Part shown: piece after piece, positions 16,395 to 24,900 of the stretch | How positions within the stretch are numbered: position 1 is the stretch's first letter | How the letters are laid out: each line of letters begins with the position of its first letter | Assembly: GCA_963796275.1 (NCBI GenBank) | Contig: CAWCKY010000007.1 | Location: 960,001-1,024,000 of the forward strand | Direction: 5' to 3' | Source: an uncultured Acidobacteriota bacterium | GTDB taxonomy: Bacteria > Acidobacteriota > Blastocatellia > RBC074 | DNA: 64,000 nucleotides | The notes under the pieces: generated by a model | What the model was told of the DNA's origin: nothing | Database searches by the model: none | What the model saw: the letters and a program-made list of their open reading frames with translations, nothing else | Made by a program: the position numbers and the translations under genes

Positions 16395-18623
16395 ATGAGG
16401 AATAGATTCATCCAAAACCATTTAGATATTGCCGCAAAAGCGATGCTCGGGATTGTGTTACTGGCTTGCCAAAACGCCCGAGCCCAAAATACTGGCCATG
16501 TGCCCCAATCCCCCTCTAGGAGTTCAGTCTATCAGGACCTCACTGCAGTGCAGCGTCCTGGTAATCGCCTCCCTGCCCCTGTCAAACGCACCGTCAATCG
16601 GCGCTCCGCCCCTGTCAAACCTAGCAGCCAACATCCGCCTTCCCCTACCAATATCCCTACCACGATTACCGCCTCAGCCCCGACCAAAAGCCGACAATTG
16701 GATGTCAAAGAGATTCGCAGCGGCGGCGCGCTCGACGGGCGCGGTAAACTCTGGGCCGTCGTGATCGGCGTCTCGACTTACAAGAACCTCGCTCCCAAAG
16801 ATCAACTCGAATTCGCCCATCGCGACGCCTCTGATTTCGCGGATTTCCTCCGCAGCCCGAACGGCGGCGGCTTCCCCTCCAACCAGCTCATGCTGCTGAC
16901 CAATCAGACGGCGACTCTTTCAGCGATGCGCAGCGCGCTCGGAACAACTCTGCCACGAATGGTCGAGCCCGATGATATGGTCATCATATTCTTCGCTGGT
17001 CACGGCGTTGTCGAAGGTGCGATCGATGGATACCTGCTAGCCCACGATTCCGACCCGCAGAACCTCTACGCCACTGCATTGCAACTCTCCGAACTCAATC
17101 GCATCGTCACGGAGAGGGTGAAAGCACGCTCTGTCATCCTGATCACCGACGCGTGTCATTCCGGGCGCCTGGGATGGGCCGCGCGCAGCACAGGCGAATC
17201 GTCGATTCTCGTCAATCGGTACCTGGACGATGTTGGCAGAAACGGCAAGGGGATAATCCGTCTGCTCGCCTCCCGCGCCGATCAACTGAGTTATGAGGAC
17301 AAACGATTCGGCGGCGGCCATGGAGTCTTCACATGGTTTCTGCTGGAAGCGTTGAGAGGCAAGGGAGACGCCGACGCGGACGGGTTCGTTCGTATGGGCG
17401 AACTGCTAGACTATCTGTCGGAGACCGTGCCGAAGGCCACGCAGTCGCTCCAGCATCCGCGCGCCGTGGGAGATATCGACAGGCGGCTGCCGCTCTCGGT
17501 TCTTACCGCCAGCGCACCGAAGATCAGCGAAAACGTCTCCTCGCCTGAAAGGACGGTCGCGCTCGAAGTACGAGGCGCACCCGGGATTGAGGTTTATCTC
17601 GACAGCGCATTTCGCGGCCACATTCTGCCGAGCGGCGTCTTGATGATCGAACGGCTCAAACCGGGCGACTACGATCTCTCGTTCATCTCGCGCAGCATCG
17701 ATCCCATTTCTCAGAAAGTATCGCTGACCGCCGCGACGACTGTTTTCAACGTCGATAGGAGCGCCGCCTTCTCACCGCTGGTCTTGCAGATAAAGAAGAC
17801 GCTCAAAGAAGGCGACGTACGCGGTGCATTCGATCTTTATCAGAAGTTTATCAAGGCATATCCGGAGTCTCCGCAGCGCGCTTCGATCGAAATGGCGCTC
17901 ACCAACGTTTTTGAATCGGTCGGGCAGAAGGCGATCAACGCTTATGTGAAGACATCTAGCACAGAGCATAACCGCGTGATGTTCTATGAAGCCGCTGAAG
18001 CTTACAGGATGATGAAGACAATACAGCCTACTATAACCCGTGAGAACGAGGCTAAATACTCCTTCTGCATAGGCCAGTCCATGATAGAGGAACTGCGTTA
18101 CGAGAATGCGGTTACGCAGCTCAACCAAGCAGTTACCCTCGATCCACGAGCAGCCTATGCTCACTATGCTCTCGGGCAAGCCTATCATTGGCTTAAAGAG
18201 CAAGATATGGCCCTCGGCTCGTTAAAGCGCGCCGCACAACTCTCTCCCGCCTGGGCTTCGCCTCGGATTCAGCTGGGCGCGGTTTATCTCGATCAAGGAA
18301 TGATGGATGAAGCTATAGCGGCGTTGAACGAAGCGGCGCGTCTTGATCCGTTGAACTATGTGCCGCGGGAAGAACTGTCGCGCCTGTACCTAAAGGAGGG
18401 AAACATAGAGGAGGCAACACTGGAGGCAGAGAAGGCTATCAGCCTGGGTTCGAACACGGGAATCTCGCATCTGGTACAGGGGCAGGTTTATGAGAAGATG
18501 AAGGCCTGGAAGCCCGCGGCGGACTCATACGAGAAAGGATTGCGGCTGAACCCCAGTATTAGCAAGGATGAATGGAAGGATTTTGCGAAGCGGATGAAAA
18601 AGTGCCGCGAGAAACTGAACTGA
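16395..18623 (+). CDS. Exported caspase-family (peptidase C14) protein with PEGA-like domain and TPRs
   Basis: Signal peptide, Pro-rich linker, WAVVIGV, IIFFAGHG (His), LITDACHSG (Cys), GHGVFTWFLLEAL, C-terminal TPRs. Confidence 0.9.
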   Translation: MRNRFIQNHLDIAAKAMLGIVLLACQNARAQNTGHVPQSPSRSSVYQDLTAVQRPGNRLPAPVKRTVNRRSAPVKPSSQHPPSPTNIPTTITASAPTKSRQLDVKEIRSGGALDGRGKLWAVVIGVSTYKNLAPKDQLEFAHRDASDFADFLRSPNGGGFPSNQLMLLTNQTATLSAMRSALGTTLPRMVEPDDMVIIFFAGHGVVEGAIDGYLLAHDSDPQNLYATALQLSELNRIVTERVKARSVILITDACHSGRLGWAARSTGESSILVNRYLDDVGRNGKGIIRLLASRADQLSYEDKRFGGGHGVFTWFLLEALRGKGDADADGFVRMGELLDYLSETVPKATQSLQHPRAVGDIDRRLPLSVLTASAPKISENVSSPERTVALEVRGAPGIEVYLDSAFRGHILPSGVLMIERLKPGDYDLSFISRSIDPISQKVSLTAATTVFNVDRSAAFSPLVLQIKKTLKEGDVRGAFDLYQKFIKAYPESPQRASIEMALTNVFESVGQKAINAYVKTSSTEHNRVMFYEAAEAYRMMKTIQPTITRENEAKYSFCIGQSMIEELRYENAVTQLNQAVTLDPRAAYAHYALGQAYHWLKEQDMALGSLKRAAQLSPAWASPRIQLGAVYLDQGMMDEAIAALNEAARLDPLNYVPREELSRLYLKEGNIEEATLEAEKAISLGSNTGISHLVQGQVYEKMKAWKPAADSYEKGLRLNPSISKDEWKDFAKRMKKCREKLN

Positions 18624-18794
18624 CGCCCGGGATATAGCGAAATTGTCATGAACGAGTAGAAAAATAATGGGAAAATAATGGAGAGGGAGATGTAGACAAA
18701 AAGTACGCCACAATCTACGCTTGCATCACAGTTAACAATAGTGTATTTCTAAATCTCTTCACACCCCGTGATCATTACTTTGGAGGTTCATATT

Positions 18795-19199
18795 ATGCAT
18801 TCTGGTGCGCGGCAGACCCTTGGACTGCTGTTTTTTTCATTACTGCTTACTATTTTCGTATTCCCGTCATCTCTCCAGGCACAATCGCATGTAGTCAGCC
18901 CTACCGATATCCACACGGAACTGGTTAACGCTACCAAGACGAGGCAGAAGAATCTGGAAAAAGCGCAAAGTATCTTCTCTTCGAATAAGGCGAAAAATGC
19001 CCTGGAATCTGCTCATATGAATCCTGAGCAGATAACTGGGGCTGTTTCGACTCTGAGCGACGCCGAGCTGGCGCGACTGGCTTCCCGGGCGGACAAGCTC
19101 GAGCGAGACTTGGCGGCAGGCGCGCTGTCTGACCGAGACCTGCTGATCATTCTTCTTGGGATCGCCGCGCTCGTATTGATCATCGTCGCAGTGCGATAA
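18795..19199 (+). CDS. PA2779-family-like exported protein with C-terminal TM tail
   Basis: Signal peptide, V.TLSDAELARLA...LAAGA followed by a hydrophobic tail; GGAGG RBS; precedes a C39 peptidase. Confidence 0.75.
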   Translation: MHSGARQTLGLLFFSLLLTIFVFPSSLQAQSHVVSPTDIHTELVNATKTRQKNLEKAQSIFSSNKAKNALESAHMNPEQITGAVSTLSDAELARLASRADKLERDLAAGALSDRDLLIILLGIAALVLIIVAVR

Positions 19200-19209
19200 G
19201 AATGACTAA

Positions 19210-19770
19210 ATGATGTCCTGTCGATTCGCTATCTTGGTTGTCTCGTTCGTCTATTTCTGTTGTGTAATGCCAGCTGCAGGATCGGATGAGATATGGGTTG
19301 ACGTTCCGTACGTCAAGCAGGAGAAGAACGGCTGCGGAGCGGCGACCATCGCGATGGTGATGCAATATTGGCTGAACAAGCGGCTGGATCGCCCGGCGGA
19401 TGTTGGCGCAGTCGACGCGATCAAGATACATCGGGATATCTATGATCCCGATGCCAAAGGTATCTACGCATCGGCAATGGAACGTTATTTCCGGCAACAC
19501 GGATTCCGCACATTCTCGTTTCGCGGCGAGTGGAGCGATCTCCACCAACATCTCATAAAGGGACGTCCGTTGATTGTCGCCCTCAAACCGTCGGGAGCTG
19601 GCAGTCCCCTTCATTATGTCGTCGTATCCGGAATGGATAAGGAGCGTGGGTTTGTATTGTTGAATGACCCCGCAAGACGAAAGCTGCTCAAACAAGACCG
19701 GTCCGACTTTGAAAAACAATGGGCCGCTACCGACAACTGGACGTTGCTGGCTTTACCTCAGTCCAATTAG
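19210..19770 (+). CDS. Exported C39-like cysteine peptidase (PA2778-like)
   Basis: VPYVKQEKNGCGAATIAMV (Gln/Cys), HYVVV (His), LNDP (Asp). Confidence 0.85.
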   Translation: MMSCRFAILVVSFVYFCCVMPAAGSDEIWVDVPYVKQEKNGCGAATIAMVMQYWLNKRLDRPADVGAVDAIKIHRDIYDPDAKGIYASAMERYFRQHGFRTFSFRGEWSDLHQHLIKGRPLIVALKPSGAGSPLHYVVVSGMDKERGFVLLNDPARRKLLKQDRSDFEKQWAATDNWTLLALPQSN

Positions 19771-19775
19771 CGCTG

Positions 19776-21486
19776 ATGAAGATCGCTGTCGTCCTTCTTA
19801 TCCTTATAACTTCATTCCTTCCCCTCAGGGCTCAAAATTCGATCTCCGATCTTCAGCGTTATGCTGAGGTCAAAGGGCTCCTCACCGAAGAACGCTGGCT
19901 AGAGATCATCCAGCTTGCTGAGGCCGAATCTGAGCGTACCCCAGAATCTTATATTTTATTATGGTACAGCGTTGTTCCGCCTGGGACGCTGGGATGATGC
20001 CAGGCAAGCATTTCTGAAAGGTCACAGCCTGAACCCCGGCGATAAACGATTTCTTCTTGAGCTGGCCGGGATATCATTCAAGCAAAAGAATTATACTGAT
20101 GCGGCAGATTATTTGCGCCGGGCGCTGCGGCTAGACCCCTCGGATGGTTACGCTCACGATTTTCTGGCGAGCGTTTACTTCCTGCAGGGAAATCTCGAAG
20201 CTGCGGTGAAGAACTGGAATAACATCTCAAAGCCGCAAATCGAGGCGGTGCGGATCGAACCGGCCCAAAGTGTCGATCCGGTTCTGCTCGATCGCGCATT
20301 TGCCCTCGCCCCGGCTTCTATGCTGAGCCTTTCCCAGTTGCAAACCACCAAAGCGAGAGTCGATGGCCTTCATATCTTTACGCATTACCGAATCGATCTC
20401 GAAGCACGTCCGGATGGTAATTTCGATGCGGTATTCCGAGCTCGAGAGCGACACGGTTGGGGGAACTCAAAATGGGAAGGGCTTTTTTCCTTGCTTCGCG
20501 GTCTACCTTTTCAATCCATCAATCCGGAATACTTAAATATCGGGCATCGCGCCATTAGCTTTGAATCGATGTTCCGGTGGGATGCTGATAAGCGGCGTAT
20601 ACGCGCCAATTTGTCGGGTCCATTCAGAAATGATCCGAAGCGACGTTATCGGTTCGAATTTGATCTGCGCAATGAGAATTGGGATATACTCAGTTCATTG
20701 AACGATACTGCGCCGCTGCTCGGTCGTTTCAATATGCGGAGGCAGGCGGTTACCGCCGATATCACTTCGATCGAAAATGGCAGATTTAACTGGTCCACGG
20801 GGGTTGAACTATCCAACCGCGATTTTCGGGACGTTTATGCCGGGGCGACTCTGACCCCGCAACTTCTGGCGGGCGGTTTCCAACTTAAGCATCTGGGAGA
20901 ACTCAATTATAAGATGGTGAGTTTACCGGATCGGAAATTTAGTGTTCTTGCCACCGCTTCGACAGAAGTCGGAAGAATATTGTCACAGCCGTCACAGGCT
21001 TTTGCCAGACTCCAGTCATCCCTGCTGGCCGATTGGCAACCGCAAGCCAAGGGCGACGATTATGAAATGTATGCGAGGATATATTCGGGCAGGACTTTGG
21101 GGTATCCATCATTCGATGAACTGTTCATTCTCGGCGTCGAACGCGACAACAACCTTTGGCTGAGAGCGCACGTTGGAACTCGAGACGGCCGCAAAGGCAG
21201 CGCTCCGCTGGGCCGAAACTATATCCTCTCCAATTGGGAGATGGATAAAAATCTCTACAGCAATGAATTGTTAAACTTCAAGCTGGGTCCTTTCGTGGAC
21301 AGCGGCAAGGTCACGGGATCATCATTCGGGGTGGGATCGAAGACATGGCTGTGGGATGTGGGAGTTCAAACCAAGGTCCGAATGCTCGGCGTTGGAGTCG
21401 CTTTCTCCTATGGTAAGGACCTGCGCTCAGGTAATAATGCGTTCTATGTCTCGATGTTTCAATGGAACTCATCATCGTCAAACTAA
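19776..21486 (+). CDS. TPR + Omp85/BamA-like outer-membrane beta-barrel protein (+1 frameshift near 19945)
   Basis: Signal peptide MKIAVVLL...LRAQ joins ORF 19915..21486 if one A is removed at GAATC 19944-19948; TPRs then amphipathic strands, PFVDSG, WDVGV, FYVSMF. Confidence 0.7.
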
Positions 21487-21591
21487 ATCAAACTACGACG
21501 AACATTGGTGCAGTACCGGGACAGTAACCAATCATAAGCTCCACATCACATAACCTTGTCATCAAATTTCTAACGGATTTTGTGGCATCTG

Positions 21592-21670
21592 CCCGAAGGG
21601 CAGAGAGATGGTAGCCAGGGGTTGAGCGCGTAGCGCGAACCCCCTGGCTATCTTCTTAACTCCCTTCGGG
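21592..21670. repeat. REP-like palindromic element
   Basis: cccgaaggg..tagccagggg ... cccctggcta..cccttcggg nested inverted repeats. Confidence 0.6.
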
Positions 21671-21906
21671 ATTATGATCCTTAATTCAATACAATTCGGA
21701 TTGGGAATTCCCAAATACCAGACAGACTGTTATCCGGTGGATAGGAGAAATGTTTTCAATAAGTTTTCATCGCCAGTCTACTATTCAGCCTGACGCGATA
21801 AAACCCGGATGCTCATTACCGTCGAACGCAAAAAGTGCTACCATCTATAATCTACAATCTGCTGTATCAATAGTAATTTACACTTTTCTAACTGGTATTA
21901 TCTTCG

Positions 21907-23022
21907 ATGTCTAAGCGAATCGTTCTCTTCTTGCTACTGACATACATGAGTTTATCCTGCGGCACGCAGAAGAGTGCGGAGAATACTGAATCAGCAGCAA
22001 ATACAACCGGACTTCCGGTAGCGATCGACGCGCCGCTCGGGTTGCCGCAGGTCCCAATTCCGATCGATAACCGAACCACGACCGAATCAATCGCGCTCGG
22101 GCGCAAACTCTTCTACGATGTCAGGCTTTCCCGAAACAACTCGCTCTCCTGCGCCAGTTGTCACAACCCGGCCCTGCGCTTCGCCGATGGTCTGGCAGTG
22201 GCGAAAGGGATCGACGGTCAACTTGGCACGCGAAATACTCCAACTCTGCTCAATGCTGTTTATAACAACGGGCAATTCTGGGACGGGCGCGTAGATAGCC
22301 TTGAGCAACAGGCGGGTAATCCGATTGCCAGCCCGAGGGAGATGGATCAACCGCACGAGGTTTGCCTCACCAAACTCACCGCTGATCAGACTTATAAAGA
22401 GGCATTCGCGCAAGCGTTCGGACCGGGGTTGATTACAATGGACAAGGTCGTGAAAGCCATAGCAGGCTTTGAGCGAACTTTGCTCAGCGGGAATTCCCCT
22501 TTCGATCGATATGAGTACGGTGGTGATAAAACATCGCTCGACGCCGCAGCCATTCGCGGATTCGCGATCTTCACAGACAAGACCAGAGGGAATTGTTCGT
22601 CCTGTCACACTGTCGGAGAGAAGTTCGCTTTATTCACCGATGGTAAATTTCATAACATCGGCGCCGGGATGAACTCAGATGGCGAATTGACGGATATGGG
22701 TCGTTACACGCATACAGGTTCCGATACCGACCGCGGCGCGTTCCGTACTCCGAGCCTGCGAAACGTCGCGAAGACCGCACCTTACATGCACGATGGCAGT
22801 TTGAAGACGCTCAAAGACGTCGTAGATTTTTATGTGGGTGGCGGCAATTCCAATCCTCAATTGGATAGAGAGATAATTCCGCTCAAATTATCATCGCAGG
22901 ATCGTCGTGACCTTGTCATTTTTCTTGAAGCGCTAACAGGGGATATTCCCTCCAATGCGGGGCCCCCTGGAAGGGACGAACAGAATTTGGGACAAGGAGA
23001 TAATGGGATAAGGAGAGAGTAA
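21907..23022 (+). CDS. Di-haem cytochrome c peroxidase/MauG-family lipoprotein
   Basis: Lipobox LSC; CASCH and CSSCH; RNTPTLLN, QFWDGR, FRTPSLRNV..TAPYMHDG. Confidence 0.9.
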   Translation: MSKRIVLFLLLTYMSLSCGTQKSAENTESAANTTGLPVAIDAPLGLPQVPIPIDNRTTTESIALGRKLFYDVRLSRNNSLSCASCHNPALRFADGLAVAKGIDGQLGTRNTPTLLNAVYNNGQFWDGRVDSLEQQAGNPIASPREMDQPHEVCLTKLTADQTYKEAFAQAFGPGLITMDKVVKAIAGFERTLLSGNSPFDRYEYGGDKTSLDAAAIRGFAIFTDKTRGNCSSCHTVGEKFALFTDGKFHNIGAGMNSDGELTDMGRYTHTGSDTDRGAFRTPSLRNVAKTAPYMHDGSLKTLKDVVDFYVGGGNSNPQLDREIIPLKLSSQDRRDLVIFLEALTGDIPSNAGPPGRDEQNLGQGDNGIRRE

Positions 23023-23030
23023 AGGTTCTT

Positions 23031-23822
23031 ATGATAGGCCGCGCCAAACCGATAGCAGTCTTGATCTTTTTTACCTGTATGACCGCCCTCATTGCGGGGT
23101 CGGCGTGCAGGAGTTCAAACCAACCCGCACCAGCTGAAACAGCCTTGTTTAAAGTCGATCCGAATACCGCGGGAACTCTGAACGGCAAGGCGTTGTTTAA
23201 CGGAAAAAAGCCGCCGCAAAAACAGATCGATATGGACGAAGAGCCTTCATGCGCGAAGCTACATCAAAGCGCTGTTTTCGATGAGGTCATCAAAATCAAC
23301 AATAATGGAACGCTCGCCAATGTCTTCGTTTATATCAAGCAGGGACTGGAAGGTAAAAAGTTTGAGCCTCCCGCAGATCCTGTGTTGATCGACCAGCAGG
23401 GATGCTGGTTCAACCCGCGAGTTCTTGGTATTCAAGTGGGGCAGACATTAAGAGTATCGAACTCCGATCCGCTGACGCATAACATCCATCCGCTCGCACA
23501 GGTCAATCGTGACTGGAATCAAAGCCAGGCGCCGGGGGCGGCTCCACTCAATCGCAGGTTCGCGCAACCCGAAGTAATGATCCGCGTGAAGTGCAACATT
23601 CATTCCTGGATGCACGCGTGGATTGGTTCGGTCGCCCATCCCTATTTCGCCGTGACCGGGGAGGACGGTTCATTCCAACTCCGTAATGTCCCGCCGGGCA
23701 ATTACACGATCGAGGCCTGGCAGGAAGGGTTGGGCAGGCGGGAACAGCAGGTTACGCTCGAGCCTTCCGAGGTGAGAGAAATAGATTTCAAGTTCGAGGG
23801 GGAGAATGATTATCAGAAATAA
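23031..23822 (+). CDS. Cupredoxin-like / carboxypeptidase-regulatory-domain lipoprotein
   Basis: Lipobox SAC; IDQQGCWF, NSDPLTHNIH, CNIHSWM (type-1 Cu ligands), VPPGNYTIEAW. Confidence 0.8.
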   Translation: MIGRAKPIAVLIFFTCMTALIAGSACRSSNQPAPAETALFKVDPNTAGTLNGKALFNGKKPPQKQIDMDEEPSCAKLHQSAVFDEVIKINNNGTLANVFVYIKQGLEGKKFEPPADPVLIDQQGCWFNPRVLGIQVGQTLRVSNSDPLTHNIHPLAQVNRDWNQSQAPGAAPLNRRFAQPEVMIRVKCNIHSWMHAWIGSVAHPYFAVTGEDGSFQLRNVPPGNYTIEAWQEGLGRREQQVTLEPSEVREIDFKFEGENDYQK

Positions 23823-24897
23823 GCACACACATATTTTAACCGCCGTTTTCCTCACAATGTTCGTTGCGGCCTGCTCAACTGGTCCGTCGTCAAAAGATGG
23901 AGGCGCTACGCAGCCGGCGCCTGTAAGCGAATGGAAATCCGGATACCGTGTTTATATTACGAACGAGTCTTCTGGTGATCTCAGCATTATCGATGGTTCA
24001 ACGCTGGAGATCATTGCAACAGTCCCGCTCGGAAAACGACCGCGCGGCATTCACGCCAGTCCCGACAAGCGTACGATCTTCGTAGCCTTGAGCGGATCGC
24101 CGCCCGCCCCGCCGGGCGTGGACGAAAGCACACTACCGCCTCCTGATAAGAGTGCGGATGGTATCGGAGTCTTCGACGTCGATCAGAATAATCTGGTGCG
24201 TGTGATCGAGGGCGGCTCGGACCCTGAGAATTTCGATGTGAGCCGCGACGGAGCCACAATCTTCGTTTCCAACGAGGATATTTCCGCCGTCAGTTTCATT
24301 GAAGTAGCCACGGGAAAACTTATTAAGACTATAACAGGGCTGGGCGGCGAACCCGAAGGCGTCACGCTCGCTCCGGACGGTAAGCTGGTCTATGTCACGA
24401 CGGAAGCCGATGGTGCTATCTCCGTCATAGACGTGAACGAAGCTAAACTAATCAAAAGTTTTAAAGTCGGCCGCCGCCCGCGCAATATCGTTTTTCTTCC
24501 CGATGGGAAGAGAGCTTATGTCAACGCGGAAAATGATGGCGGCATTGTCCTTCTCGATACACAGAAGAACGAGAAGATGCAGGCGATTCCGCTCGGCCCT
24601 CCTGGCGAGATCAAACCGATGGGGTTGGCGCTATCCCCTGATTCCGGGAAACTCTATGTTAGCTCGGGCCGCGGACGTAAGGTGTTTGTAGTCGATACGG
24701 CAACGAATCAACCGCTCTCTTCATTTGAAGTCGGACTGCGACCGTGGGGCATCGCGGTCTCGCCCGATGGAAAGACGCTCTTCACAGCCAACGGGCCTTC
24801 GAACGACGTTTCTGTGGTAGATCTGAATAATCAGACGGTGACTAAAAAGATACCGGTGACGGGAAGTCCCTGGGGCGTCCTGATTATTGGGAGGTAG
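23806..24897 (+). CDS. YVTN-type beta-propeller lipoprotein
   Basis: Lipobox AAC; repeated YITNE..G.LSIID / SPDGK..YV blades. Confidence 0.85.
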   Translation: MIIRNKHTHILTAVFLTMFVAACSTGPSSKDGGATQPAPVSEWKSGYRVYITNESSGDLSIIDGSTLEIIATVPLGKRPRGIHASPDKRTIFVALSGSPPAPPGVDESTLPPPDKSADGIGVFDVDQNNLVRVIEGGSDPENFDVSRDGATIFVSNEDISAVSFIEVATGKLIKTITGLGGEPEGVTLAPDGKLVYVTTEADGAISVIDVNEAKLIKSFKVGRRPRNIVFLPDGKRAYVNAENDGGIVLLDTQKNEKMQAIPLGPPGEIKPMGLALSPDSGKLYVSSGRGRKVFVVDTATNQPLSSFEVGLRPWGIAVSPDGKTLFTANGPSNDVSVVDLNNQTVTKKIPVTGSPWGVLIIGR

Positions 24898-24900
24898 AGC

